A stretch of 64,000 bases of DNA. Source: Marsupella aquatica. Lineage: Eukaryota; Plantae; Marchantiophyta. Below the pieces are notes generated by a model. The model made no database searches and was not told the DNA's origin. It worked only from the letters and a program-made list of their open reading frames with translations. Position 1 is the stretch's first letter. Every line of letters begins with the position of its first letter. Below, one piece after another: positions 13,313 to 26,421 of the stretch. A program made the position numbers and the translations under genes. The DNA lies in assembly GCA_973895155.1 (NCBI GenBank), contig OZ316891.1, positions 27,025,972-27,089,971 of the forward strand. Direction: 5' to 3'.

Positions 13313-14260
13313 CGTAATAGTCAAATTATTTAGTTACTCCGTAACAAAATATAAATCTAACCTATATACTTACTAATATACTTAGTGGTAATGATTTCAT
13401 CATGAATAATTGAATTATCACGACACCGGCTGAAAGCACTATCGGTGCACTTGGCGGAGAAACCTCCTGACAAGAAGAAACCACCGGAAATCCGAGCGCA
13501 TGCTTGGTGCTCCAAGTGTTATTAGTCGGGACATGTGGTGCACCAGATAGAGTTGGAGCCCGAACAGTCCGAGCCAGAGGGATGCACGATGGAGTACTTC
13601 TTCGAGGATCCAAGTGAGGCGGTGTTCCAGATGAGTATGACGGGACCTCGCACCCTAAGCGGCCACAATCCAGGGTTCCATACCCCTTATCCGTATCCGG
13701 TGAATGGGTGTGGCCCCCAGATGGTCAGCAATCCAAGTATACCCCCTAAACCCGGCATTTAGCGGACCCCGGGTTGTTATAATTGCGAGAAACCCGGTCA
13801 CTTTGCTCGAGAGTGCACGGAGCAAAGGAAGCAAGGGGATGGGAGAGCGATTCCATTGTGCCAGGTCTGTCGAACCGAAGCACATTCCATGTCAAACTGC
13901 CCCTTGGTGCTAGCCGCGAAGGCCGGTGCCGTCAGAGCTGCTCAACCTGCGGCCCCACCAATTACGGATGCAGTAGTACAAATGGTAACAATGGAATGGC
14001 AGGACGACTCCACCGAGTGGATCAACCTCATAGAAGCAGTCGAGCAAACAAGAACGCACGCGGACAACGAGTGCTACCGCGTTTCTACCCAGTCATCCCG
14101 CAAGAAGGACAAGTACAAAGAATGAGCTCTGAAGGACGCCAAGCAGAAAGAGGCGGTCGCGGATAAGAATAGTCCGATGGAACCAGACGAGCAGGAAGAC
14201 TACCAGCGGGATAACCCGAAGTGATTCTACCCGCGAGTAGAGGAACTGGTCAAAAAGCAA

Positions 14261-17200
14261 TTGGAAGCCTACGAGGCCCAAGAGCACGAAAAAGCCATTA
14301 GGAAGGATATTGCCGATGCCAAGGCGGCCGAAGAAGCCGAAGAAGCTAAGACTGCCTTGCAAGCTGAAGTCAAGGGAGCAGAAGCAATAAAATCTGCGAC
14401 ACCACCGTCTGACCAATACGACATCAAAAAGGATGTTCAGAACTGTGCAGCGACGGCCACTGTCGGACAACTATTGCAGGATAACCCAAAGTATCGGCAA
14501 CAACCCAAGGAGATGCTGATAGGGAAGAGGAGGCGACAGCTACCTCGGGTAAGCACCTTAGCCGACTGTATGATGATTTACCAGGACTTAGGAGCGCCGA
14601 AAGTCTCTATCGAGATAGTGGGTTGTACTGTTCGGTTTGTACCGGTAGACGGCGAGTCCGGTGTAAACATCATGATGGAGGACACTTCTGTAAGGTTGGG
14701 ATATATGTCTTATCAACCCACGGTGCCAGGATCATGCCACTGGGGACGTTAACCAAGATATCCACGTGGATTGGAGGCCTCAAGTTTTTTCTAAATTACC
14801 TGGTGATGCGACCAGTCCGACCCTCTTCTTATCCAGTACTGCTGGGCAGACCCTGGTTATACGGTGCCCGAGTCATTACCGACTGGGGAAGGAAGGAATT
14901 ATGATTCAGTAACCCAACTACGACGGTGTCATGGAAGGAAGAAGACTATCAGGGTGAAACGCCCCAGGGACCCGAAGAATATGACTCGGAGGAGGAAATC
15001 TCAGAAGAAGAGGTAAATATGGTGGAGTTAATCTCTCGGCTGGATGAAGAGGAAGTCTTCGGGGTAAGTGCCGTCCGAGAAGCCCATATTCTGAACCAGC
15101 CCAGACCAGCGGCCCAAATTGAAACACCAGGGAGACCAGTAAGAGATGATGCGGCAACGGGCGAAGAATTCCCCGAAATAGTGATCCCTACGAAGGCAGT
15201 TGGCCGGCTTCCCTTGCCAGGTATACCCGAGGAAAATGCTACTCAGAGCGCCACTCCTCCCACAAAAAAGAAAGTTACGTGGAGCCCCGAGGTTCCGTCC
15301 GTAATAGAGCTCCCAAAGGAGTAGCCGACAGTCTGGAAACCTGTGGCCTACGATGGCACCAGACTAGAGGAATTGGAGGCTCATCTTGACCGGGCCACCA
15401 GAGACCATGTGGATGTAATCCGCAAGGAACACTATAGCAAATACACCACAAAGAGGGAGAGAACATTCAACGTCGGTTATGGCCTACGAACGCCAGAGGA
15501 AAAGGCCATCCAAGAACTCCTATCGGAATATGAGGACGTCTTCGCATGGAGTCACCGAGACTTAACCGGGATTTCACCGGCCTACGGCGAACACGTCATT
15601 GATCTAAACTTGGGTGCTCATGCCGTCCGAGAGAGACAACGAAGACTAAACCCAAGATATTCCATCTTGGTAAAGGAGGAGTTAGATCAACTGATCGCGG
15701 CAGACATAATCTACCCCGTCTTATCTAGCGAATGGGTGTCCCCCATTGTGGTGGTTCCTAAGAAGGTAGGGCCTGATGGTAAACCCAAAATTCGAATATG
15801 CCAAGACTATCGGAAGCTCAACGACGCTACTCGGAAAGACCATTACCCGCTTCCCTACACGGATATGGTCCTTGACATGGTAGCCCGAAATGAGGTATAC
15901 ACATTCCTAGATGGATATTTGGGTTATAACCAGATTTGGATCAGACTGTCGGACCAGCTCAAAACCACGTTCATAACGGAGTGGGGAACCTACGCGTTCA
16001 GGCGGATGCCCTTTGGCTTATGCAATGCCCCGGCTATGTTCCAGCGAATCATTATGAATATTTTTCATGACTTCTTACGAGAATTTTTGGAGGTGTTCAT
16101 AGACAATTTTGCCATCTTTGGAACAATCGCCCAACACCCAGAACACCTGAGGCGGACTTTGGAGCGGACCGAGAAGTAGGGTTGAAATTACACCCGGGCA
16201 AGTGCTTCTTTGGGGTTACGGAAGGAGTGCTACTAGGACACCGAGTATCCAAACGAGGGATCGAGGTGGACCAAGAAAAGGTGGGCGCGTGGATGAATGT
16301 CCCTTACCCAGCGGACCAGAAGGCGGTGCGATCCTTCTTAGGCTGCGTAGGGTACTACCGACGATTCATTCAGGATTTTGCCAAGATAGCCCTACCCCTC
16401 ACAGAAATGATGAAGCAAGACGCGGTCATAGAAATGACTCCCCGTAAAAAATCAGCCTTTGACGGACTAAAAAACCAGCTAACTATGGCTCCGATTTTGA
16501 CTACCCCCGATTGGAACAAGGAGTTCCATGTGTATGTCGACGTGTCTGGGTTTTGCATCGGCTCAGTCCTAAGCCAACTGGACGACAAAAAACGTGACCA
16601 CCCCATTTACTTTGCGAGCCGACAACTATTTGCCGCAGAGAAAATCTATTCGCCCACCGATCGGGAGGCCTTGGGAATCATCTACTCGTGTAAAAAGTTT
16701 CGCCATTATCTATTGGGATATAAGGTAGTATTCCATACTGACCATGACAGCCTAAAGTACATGGTAAACAAAGCAGACTTGACAGGGAGAATAGCTCGTT
16801 GGGTCCTGCTGCTCCAAGAATTTGACTACGAAGTCAGGGTGCGACCAGGGAAAGCACACGTGAATGCGGACTTCTTCTCAAGGATTGAAGGGGAATCAGA
16901 CGACGCACCTGTCGATGATGCATTCCCTGATGAAGAATTATTTCGCGTAGAAATGGACCAACCAACGTGGTACGGGGACCTAATCACCTTTCTCTTAACG
17001 GCCCGCATTCCAAGTAACATAAACCAAGAGGCCGCGTCGGTCTTTCTGCGCAAGGCCGCACCATACATGATGATACACGGACATCTGCATAAGGAAGGCG
17101 TCGATGGGAAGATCCGCAGATGCCTAGATTATAACGAGACGATCATTGTCATGCGAGCTATGCACGAGGAGGAGGCAGGAGGACACTTTGCCCCGGTCAC

Positions 17201-18236
17201 CACGGCTCACAAAATCTTGGACGCAGGTTATTGGTGGCCTACGCTTCATCACGACGTAGCCCATTTTATCCGAGGTTGCGACTTGTGTTAGCGCGCGGGA
17301 AAACCCCGCAGATCGAGTAATCATCCTCTTACCCCGATCTTTCCTCTTGTCCCGTTTGAGAAATGGGGCATCGATTATATCGTACCATTCACCCCTATTA
17401 CCCGAGGTCGGCGTTGCCGGTACATCCTTCTTGCTATCGACTACTCGACTAAATGGGTTGAGGCCCGGGCAACGGTCAAGGATGACGCGGCCACCACCGC
17501 CAAGTTTGTGTACGAACAGATCTTCACCCGTTTCGGACCTCACTTGGAATTAGTCAGTGACAACGGGACTCATTTTTTGAACGAAATGGTGGAAAAATTG
17601 ACTGACCGTTACCTCGTCAAGCACAGGAAGACTACCCCTTATCATCCCAAATGTAACGGACTAGCAGAGCGGGCTAATGGCATCGTAGGGAAAATCCTCA
17701 ACAAAACCGTGGCAGCCCACAAAACAAATTGGGACGACAAACTTTTTGCGGCGGTCTATTCGTACAACTTGGCGTTTAAGACTACTACAAACCACAGTCT
17801 GTATTTTTTGGTATTCAGACAACATGCGCTTGTACCCGTCGAGTTCGAGGTCGAGACCCCGCGGGTACGCATCCGCCACAGCTTACCAGAGGCCACTAGT
17901 TCGTGCGATCGAGCATATAAGATCGACAGTCTAGAAGAACAAAGATTGTGGGCATCGCGACGCGTAACTGCCAAGCAAGAAGCAACGAAGAAACAGTACG
18001 ACAAGGGACTACGCCAGGTGGACATCACTACGGGAGATCTTGTCCTTCTGTACGGCAGTAGGTACATGTACTTTCCAGGAAAGTTACACACACGCTGGCT
18101 AGGACCTTTCGTTGTCCAGCAGATGTACCCGAACGGATCCCTCCAGCTATCAATGTACGCCGGCGACCTCTTTCCCAATCGAGTTAGTTACGATCATGTG
18201 AAGAGGTACTTTCACCAGGACAACGAGCGTAATGAT
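14261..18236 (+). pseudogene. pol polyprotein: aspartic protease, RT, RNase H, integrase (stops and frameshifts)
   Basis: PR VPVDGESGVNIM. RT WVSPIVVVPK, RICQDYRKLN, MPFGLCNAP and VFIDNF (altered YxDD). RH VYVDVSG. INT zinc finger H..GGHF..CDLC, SDNGTHF, NGLAER and RWLGPF. Confidence 0.95.
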
Positions 18237-18259
18237 GTTCGCGAGGACGCTTCACACTT

Positions 18260-18270
18260 GAGTGGGGAGC
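18260..18270 (+). promoter_or_regulatory. Polypurine tract of the gypsy element
   Basis: GAGTGGGGAGC lies 2 nt upstream of the 3' LTR start TGTGACAC. Confidence 0.75.
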
Positions 18271-18272
18271 TA

Positions 18273-21200
18273 TGTGACACGGGTAACGTGTCACTTAACT
18301 GAACCCAGGTCGTAGATTAGGTCTTATACGGACGTTAGGACCGTAGCTGTAGCGTAGAATAGCACGTATAGCCGTCTGTTGCCATTATGAATAGATTAGG
18401 AGTAGGTTAAGATGACCAAATGATTACGAGTTCAGGAAGATGATTATTACGCGCGACCGAGGTACGGTGGCGGCAGCGGAGTAAAAATCAGTTAGAAGTC
18501 ACGCTTGGACCGAGGCACCGACTTCAGCCCATTATCAATGACCAAAACGGCTTGGCCTTCTCACGCTCGGGCTCATCCTGGCACCTCCATAAGAGAGGAG
18601 CCGATGGCGCTGCGGGCCATTTGCTCATTTCCACCTTTTTGGAATTTGCGAATGTTGCCATCCACTCGGCTTTCTGATCGAATCAAGTCGACCTTTACAA
18701 GAAGATTATCGAGGGATAAGAGCGGAATAAGGCAAGATTTAGTCAGGACGAGCGAGGCCTCCACGAGAAAAAGGACCAGCCGGGTGGGAATGTGGACTCA
18801 AGGAACCGGACTACGAGGTTAGTATGACCCTTACAGCCTTGGGATTCTGGACCTTGTTTGGCGAGTAGGTGCTAAGTTCTCCGAGACTTACTGGTACTCT
18901 TGTCCCGAGAAAGCCGCTTACGAACAAAGATACGCGAAGCTGGTGACCAAGGTAACACTGGTTAATTGCGAAAGGACAGCCATCACCAGGGATTCCAGCT
19001 ACAACGAGCTGCGAGACTACATCACCGAACTATATCTCAGCGAGGAAGGGCTTAGATCGGTAGCAGAGGCGATTCTTGAAGTCCCAGCGAAGTTCTTTAA
19101 GCTGAAAGGCAGCCAGCGGCTTACTCAAGCGGAGTTCGACAAGATTCCAGGGTACCTAGACCAGCAGATCGCAGCCGAAAAGCGTCAAGAAGACATCAGC
19201 AGACAACGGGAAGCGGCACGTAATCTTACGTTCCTCGGGGAAAGCTCCAACGCCTTCAATTGGGATATGGCTACCCCAATACCACCAGTGCCTCGGCCGA
19301 TGACCACTGGCGTACCGCCAAACCGGTCCCAAGTCCGTCCAGTGATCAACACAGAGTGTTCTTCGGGTTCCGAGCGAGTTAGTCCGCAACTCGAACAACA
19401 TTCGCGTAAGCGGCCAAGGACGATGACGGCCCCCGAATCAACAACACAAACCAACGCTGCGCCTGCACCTGCCCCAAAAAACCCCCCGGCCAACCAGAAC
19501 CGACGGCCCGCGGATAACCCAAAGTCCAACTTATTACAGGTAATCCGCGTCCCCGAGTAGTCTGGATCGCGATCAAGAAACTCGATCACGCAGACTATCT
19601 GAAGGAGCATCAGTTGGAGCAGTTCGCTCACTTGCTATGGAGACCGTGCGCCGCCGGGTCGAAGGAGATTTTTGAGTTCATCTCCAATTTCGACACTGAC
19701 GCATCGACCACCAAGGTTTTGGGACAGGCCTTATCACTCATGGAGCATCGGTTAACGCAAATCTTCTGCCTGCCAACCGGGCCGGTGCCGATTGAACTCC
19801 GAATTCGGGATAAGGAGTATACACCACGGCACTTCAAACCCGAGGGTAAGACGGACAACGGATACAAGCAGGGGTCGTGCACCAACTTAATCTGCATGGA
19901 GCGTCTTAACTTCATACGGACTACCTTACACATGATTGAGCCACGATCCGAGATTTCCCTCTGCACGATCGTGCAGGTGGAACAGTACAAACGGCGGAAC
20001 TGGGCCCAATTCTTCTACCAAAGATTCTTGGGGGAGCTGAAGCGGGCTCAGGGTGGTATGGCTATTGGGGGGAAAACTTACTTGGGAAGTCATATCGCCA
20101 TTATCCTCGCCTGGTACAAGGCACGGCGGGAGGCCAGAGGAAAGAATATGGCCACCTCAGCCCCGACTAATGTCACCCCCACCCCAGAGGAGGCAACCCC
20201 GAGCGCGCACACTACCGTCCCTCGGGCAAACCCCGAGCCGGAAGCCCTGACTAATATTCCGCCACCTCCTCCTATGGAAATTCCGCCGCCCCCTTCCGTC
20301 GAGCCTCCGCTACCCGCAGTACAACCACCCCCAATCCCTCCACCACCTGAAGAAACCTTCCCTTCCCCAGCGCAGACTACGGAGGAGCTCGTTGCCCCGC
20401 CCGAGGAACCACCAGTACCCGAGAGGATGGAGGACTACCAAGTAGCCCCGGGGACCATGGCCTACGACCTGGTCCAGAAGTTTAGCCAGACTATGTCTGG
20501 GGAGCTGGCGACGTACATCGGACAACAAGTCTTGGCGTACTTTCAACCAGCCTTCTTCATGTTAGAGCACCAACCACGGATTGTAAGCCGCTTGGAAGAA
20601 GAACTCATGGCGAAGGGGAATGAGATCGGGCGCCTCCAGATGCTGGTAGAGCACCTCGAGGAGGAGGCCACTACCCGCCGCGAGGAGTTAGTCCGCACCG
20701 TCGAACAGAGGGACAGACTAACCCAGGAGTTAAGCGGAGCGCAAGCAGATCTCAAGAAGCTGGACGACACCGTGCTTCAATTACGCTCAGAATCTTTGGC
20801 TCGGGTTACCAGCCTGACCAACCTCAACAAACAATTCCCGCAGGCAGCGCAGCAGGTGGCTAGTCTCTCCGCCAAACGGGATAAATTGCTGGCGCAGGAC
20901 CAGATCCATCGCGACTCCATTAACCAGCTCAACCTGGAGGTAGCGCGGCTCTTGACCGAGGCCAATGAAGCTGCAAACGAGGCGAAGGAGGCGGTGCAGG
21001 ACAACAAGGCCTTGCAGGACCGCGTTACCCTGCTCGTCCTCCAGCGGGGAAAACCTGGGCCCACCTCTGATCAAGGCGGCTCGAGGTCTCGCCTTGACAA
21101 GGGGACCAGCCCTGGTCCAACCACAGCACCCACGTAAGGGGTGGTTAGCGAAGGGTGGAAGCAGGCGCCGCACGAGGCAGTTAAGTCAGCGGCATCTTTC

Positions 21201-22123
21201 GGTTAGGTGCAGCGACAGAATGGCTGTCATTAGGCGCCGATTAGCGGTAGTAGGAAGAATTAGGGCCGGATCAGTTAGGATCAGCCAACGTAGGATGGAG
21301 TCCATCAACAGACTAGATTTTTGTCAGTAGGCTTGGCCGCTGCCATCCCGGTCGGCACCCTCGTCATCAACGGTCAACCAGTCAGTGCGGCACGGCCAGT
21401 AGTCAGAAGGTAGTTAGGCAGTAGGTAGTATCCCGGAAGGTAGTATCCTCTGGTTCTCTTCCACAAACTGTAGTATTTAGGCTTCCCCTTCCGCTATGGA
21501 AGGGGGAGAAAGCTTAGTTATCTCAGCGGAAGAAAGGTGAAGCACGGGGAGTCCCGGCCTAAGCAGGGTCAGAGCGCACCAAGGAGTGAGAGCCAGAGTC
21601 GAGCTTGCTGGGCAAGTGCGAGGCGGGGCCTCGTAGAGACTGGGCATCGACTGCCGTTGGGCCTGCTGACCCCCTTTGAAGTCGAGTCAACCATGTAAAC
21701 TGATGCTTCGCTAAGTAAACGTAGTCTTTTCCCTCTAATGTTTCCGCAAGTAATTGGTGTTGTGAGTATGCTTTGTCTGGGCAAAGGCACCATTTTAAGG
21801 GACGTACCGGGTGCGGACTAATGGTAGGGATTGCCACCCATTGTATGTCACAAGGTTCTGTCGCATCGATGGCTTGAAAAGCCCCAAGCCGGGAGTTAGT
21901 CCGAGTCACTAACTGAGGGAGGATTCCAGCGGTGGAAAATAAAAGATACCTATGACTAGTACGAATTGCTTAAGTGTTATACCAGTAAGTATATCGGCTT
22001 AGCCCGACTTAGGGCTAATTGGGGCCACTACACACCTCCTTGCCCGAACCCTCACCACTACTGGTGGTCGAGGTTGCGCCATGGCACTAAACTGGATTTA
22101 AGGCCCAGGTTAGGAACGCGACA
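18273..22123 (+). repeat. 3' LTR, 3851 bp
   Basis: Begins TGTGACAC after the PPT and ends GCGACA, followed by the TSD ATTTT. Confidence 0.9.
18538..21137 (+). pseudogene. LTR-encoded accessory ORF (~850 codons reconstructed): plant-transposon-protein-like domain, Pro-rich linker, coiled coil
   Basis: ORFs 18505..18822 and 18943..19560 share a frame and are separated by one TAG. A 1-bp deletion near 19557 (the 5' LTR copy has GAAGTA) separates them from 19614..21137. The start codon is uncertain (18538 or 18604). Confidence 0.75.
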
Positions 22124-22287
22124 ATTTTGTTGAAGGCTATGGGCCATAACCCCCTCAGCCAACTGGTGCACCTTGTCTTTGTCGGGGACCATGGGCTCTA
22201 ACCTCCTGGGGCTCACCTTGTTAAGGATTACAACCCCTCACCCCTCACCCCCCCCCCCGGCGCCCCCAAAAGGAATGTATTAACCTA

Positions 22288-23063
22288 CACTGTCCACCAT
22301 AATTAGTGTGACCAGCACTAATTTGAGAGCACCAATTTTCAGGGTCTACTCGCCGAATGAGTGTTAGTCACACTAATTTTGTGCTAACAATATTTGATGC
22401 ACATGAATTAGTGTTAATGTGGTCTCAAGAGTGGAAAAGTGGTCTCAAAAGTGGTCTCAACAGTTTTTTGACATTGGTTTGGTGCTTTTTGAGGCGGCGG
22501 ACCACCTCTCTGCTGTGGGCCGCCGGTCCCCTCCGGATCAAAAACTCACTCACCTGCTTTGTGCCAAAGCGTGGATTGATGACCAGCGTAGGAACTGGCT
22601 CCAGCTTGGGGGTGGTCGCATCACTTCCGGTTGACCCTGTTATTAGGCTGCTGAGGGCTTCTGTTGCTTCTGCTGCCCCTGGTGCTTCCTTTGGCATCTG
22701 GTTTCTGTGAAATTAGGTTCCTTTTGTTTATTATTGCATTGCACTGCGCCTTCTGTGGCTGCTTGTTCGCCCTTGCCGTGGGGTTTATCGTGGCCGACAA
22801 ACTTATAAAGTTAAAAATCATTCCGAGGAAGAGTGGAAAACTAGAGGGAAAAATTGCATTAAAAAATTCACAAGAATTAGTGTTACTTGGACATCCATTT
22901 TTACATCCATTTTTACATCCATTTTTACATCCATTTTTACTAGTAATTTAAAAACAAAAGTGGAACAACAAATCATGTTGGAAAACAAACAAAATTAGTG
23001 TTACTTGGACTCAAAATTAGTTTTACCAAAATTAGTGTAAAACACTAATTACTCTGAACAATG
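22288..23063. mobile_element. Tc1/mariner-type MITE
   Basis: TA on both flanks. Imperfect TIRs CACTGTCCACCATAATTAGTG and CACTAATTACTCTGAACAATG, with repeated subterminal AATTAGTGT motifs. Internal (ACATCCATTTTT)x4 at ~22891-22938. Confidence 0.75.
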
Positions 23064-25412
23064 TACTTTTAAATCCTTCTTAGAGTTGTTATCGAATGGT
23101 TATGAGCAGTACTTCCCCCACTACCAGGCCCAAGGGTTATGATTTCAGCCCTAGCTCCCATCTTGAGAGTTATGAATTTAAGAAATAACTCTCAGCTCAA
23201 AATAGAGCAAATTAAATTGCACTTGGGGGCTACTCTTGTGAACCCATGGCCACTTAGGTATTAAAATTTTCAACACCTTGGGTCCATGGTTTCATCCTGC
23301 ACGTAATTCTCTTCATGATATTTTCAACCTCTGGCGTTTTGGGGGACGTTATATCCCCCAATGCTCTGGAATGACTTTACTATGTACATAATCCTTCGAT
23401 AGCAGCTTTTGAGAAAACAGCCTCTCAGGGGACAAGGGACACAATAATAATGAATGCGCATGAGCAGGTGTTGCATGGGGACGTTAGTGACCGTGTTCAC
23501 TGACTTTACTATTCCCGGAAACCAGGGAGTGGAGAGCCTATTTTTAGTATCGCGCGGCACACTGTAGCGAGGTTGATGTCATGATTGGAGAACAATTTTT
23601 GAATTCTGCTCGGGATTTAAGAACACTGTCTTTTGGAGGGATTTACGGCTTGAGTTCAAATTTTCTTATTACAGGAACGTGCCGTACAAGAACAACACTT
23701 ATCTCGGCAGATGACAACTGCACGACCACTGTTGGTGTAGGAGTGTTGTCAGGAGTTCAGTCCGTGCCGGCGTCAGAAACTTGAGGGATCGATGAGATCG
23801 AAACCGCGTGGATTTCCGATCGGCAAACCGTTCTCTCACTCTCCTTCAACAATTCTGTCAGCCTCCTACTAGTGTATGTATCGATGGGGAAGCGATGTGC
23901 CGCGACAATCTTTGGGAGATTGCTTTTGGTATCAGAGTCGGGCTTGTTTCACTGAGGCAGTAATGTAGCGTTGTCGTGCTGGGAATTTGAAGGTGAACGT
24001 GAAACACGGTCGTGCTCATCACTCTGCATACCGTTTTTCCGAATATTGAATGATAGCCATCCAAATTTGAATTTTGAATGACTTCCTGGCATTCGATTCG
24101 AAACGAAGCAGTTGTCTGACCACTGGTGGTGCCGCCCACGGATCACGGAAGTCATGGGATTTGCGCGGTGTTTTCAAACTGGATCTTTGAGGTTTCGGAG
24201 GATCGTTGCTTACCTAGCCTAGGGGAAATCCTGAAGGCTCGGTATTAATAATATTTCTGAGGCCGAAGCAATCTCAACTGACAGTAATTAGTAATGACAC
24301 ACAGGTTGTCGAGTGTCCACACTCTGTAGGCAACGTCCCATCAACACACACATGTTTCCCTTGGACAAATCGGGTCTGCCCATTCACAATTATATCCATA
24401 ATTATACTTCGCATCGGGAAGGATTTCGTCACTTTTCTTTCACAGGTTTTATACATTGAAATTTGAGCAACGTACTACATGTTGCTTCCGTCCGCGTCGG
24501 AGTGGAAAGGGTTCCGCCAAGCTTGCTATGGAAGAATCAGCATTACCGTGCACAGGAATATAAGTACAAGTGTTCAAAGTCGTTTGGCTAGGTCTCCAGA
24601 AGGACAGTTGTAACGGAGTTGACAAATCATTATCTCGTTTGCTCACTATGTATTCTCCCAACCTTAGTTCGGGATTATTACACTGCCACGGAAGAACACA
24701 ATCCAATTTGTGAATGTTGTAACCAGGCATCCACAATAACTAACTGCTGTTCCTTTTTCCTCACAAGTAATCGTCGACAAACATTGCGTATATTGTTCAG
24801 AATGGAGCAGACCATCGACAAAAATGAGCAATTCACAGTACAAGATGGATTGATAATCGATTGAACAATGCCCATAAAACGGGCACGCCAAGTGCTTTTT
24901 TAACATCCAAAACTTAGGATACTCTGCCGGTAGCCATACGAACTGCGGTGACGTCCTCTATACAATTTTCCTACATTTAACAATGGGTCTGATAAGGTAC
25001 AAGAATGTACATCACTGTAAGTAACATTCTACATTCCTGAACTGGTAAAAATGCAGCGTGAGAGGTGAATGACACCTTTCGCAACCCACGCACACTACGC
25101 GATGGAAGAGGGTTCCAAGCAATTACAGGGGCATGTAATCTCGACTCACGACTGTTCGAGTTCACGCCCCTTGCGTGACCAGCCTGGACCACAGTCGGAA
25201 TTTTGTACACTACAATGTTCGCGAGGATTATCAAGACCTGCTTGGCAATTACATACCCTGTGTATGAGTTTGCAAGGGCGGAAGGCGATTAGTTTTGCGC
25301 TAAGACATCTCAATCACGTTACATTCTATAAGGGATTCTCTGACCTGATCGTGTCAGGACACCTAAAAGTAAAAGTAAGATTTGTTGATTCTCGTTGGCA
25401 ACAATCTCCAGC

Positions 25413-26421
25413 TCACTTCTTCGCCTTCTTTGAAACTGGCCCTGTGCTGGCCGATCTCCTTGTGGTTGAGGGCTTAGTCTTCGGAGACTTCGCCGGCTTG
25501 GGAGACTTCGCTGACTTAATTGTCTTCACTGTCTTCTTCGGTGTTGTGGCCTTCTTCGGTGTACTCGCCTTCTTAGGCGCAGGCACCGGAATTTTTCTCG
25601 GGGCTGGAGCTTTCCTCTTTGCAGGCTTCTCTGGAGTTGAAACCTTCTCCTTGGCTGGAGCCTTCACAGGCTTCGAAGGCTTTACGGGCTTCACCTCCTT
25701 CGTTGCCTTCGCAGTAGCAGGCTTCACCTTGTTTACCTTCGTTGTTTTTGTTGTTGCCTTCTTCACAAGCTTGGGAGAGGCGACTCCGTTGGCTGCTTTG
25801 GTCTTGGAAACTGTCTTAGGCCGTCCAGCAGTCTTCTTAACCTCCTTCGACGCGCCTGAAGCCTTGATCGTCTTCACTGTACTCGGTGCCTTCGGAACCT
25901 TTGCCTTCGGCACCTTCTTCAACTCTTCCGACAACTTGAAAGAGTTCTTCACCTTTGTCAACTTCCCACTCTTCGTCAAATTCTTTAGCTGAACGGACAA
26001 AGTCTTCTTGAAGTTCGGAGAAAGGCCACTCTTGTACTTATCCTCCAAGTACTTTGCAATCGCGTATTGACTCGATCCTGTTCTCTCCTTGAGAGAAGCA
26101 ATCGCTTCCTTGATCATCTGCACATACCAAAGAACGTAGATCAACAAACCAATCACTTCCACATCCCATCAAAATTAACAGAATCCAACACAACAGCACT
26201 GATTTGATCTAGAAATGCAATTGAGGAACTTGATATACCTGCAAGTATGTTGGATGCGCAGCGGGAGCCTTCGGGACTTTGGGCTTCTTCTCCTTGGGAA
26301 CTTTCACCTTCTTCTCCTTCACTGCCTTCTCAGGCTTCTCGGCAGCCTCCGTAGCAGGAGCTATCTCGGCCGGAGTGTTGGTAACCGGCTCTGCAACAGC
26401 GGAAACCTCGGTGGTGGCCAT
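25413..26421 (-). CDS. H1: Linker histone H1, 295 aa; exon 1 26421..26239, intron 26238..26118, exon 2 26117..25413
   Basis: Globular domain HPTYLQ|MIKEAIASLKERTGSSQYAIAKY...LTKVKNSFKL, split by a canonical GT-AG phase-0 intron. Lys/Ala/Pro-rich tail with S/TPKK motifs. Confidence 0.97.

Larger units (their letters stand above)
12066..13425. mobile_element. Nested solo-LTR-like insertion within gag
   Basis: TGTC...GACA ends flanked by duplicated CCGG (or ACCGG). AT-rich relative to the host element, and its removal restores the gag frame. Confidence 0.8.
11332..14125 (+). pseudogene. gag (retrotransposon gag domain, Ser/Lys-rich linker, zinc knuckles), interrupted by an insertion
   Basis: WGQFQTAFLQEFRP and KWFVNALP motifs. 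Knuckles CSKCY*SGH, CYNCEKPGHFAREC and CQVCRTEAHSMSNC. The reading frame joins across the 12066..13425 insertion as ...NEITDRLKALSVH. Confidence 0.82.
9353..22123 (+). mobile_element. Ty3/gypsy LTR retrotransposon (non-chromoviral), defective, with ORF-bearing LTRs
   Basis: TG...CA termini with 5-bp TSD ATTTT (9348-9352 and 22124-22128). Direct repeats start TGTGACAC at 9353 and 18273. Gag-PR-RT-RH-INT order, and no chromodomain after the integrase. Confidence 0.93.

Noticed and set aside
9353-22123. DIRS/tyrosine-recombinase or segmental-duplication explanation for the long repeats
   Set aside because: A DDE integrase, PPT, TG...CA ends and a 5-bp TSD show a conventional LTR element.
25069-25992. 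307-aa hydrophobic ORF on the + strand
   Set aside because: Antisense shadow of the Lys/Ala/Pro-rich histone H1 exon; AAG codons read as Leu/Phe on the other strand.
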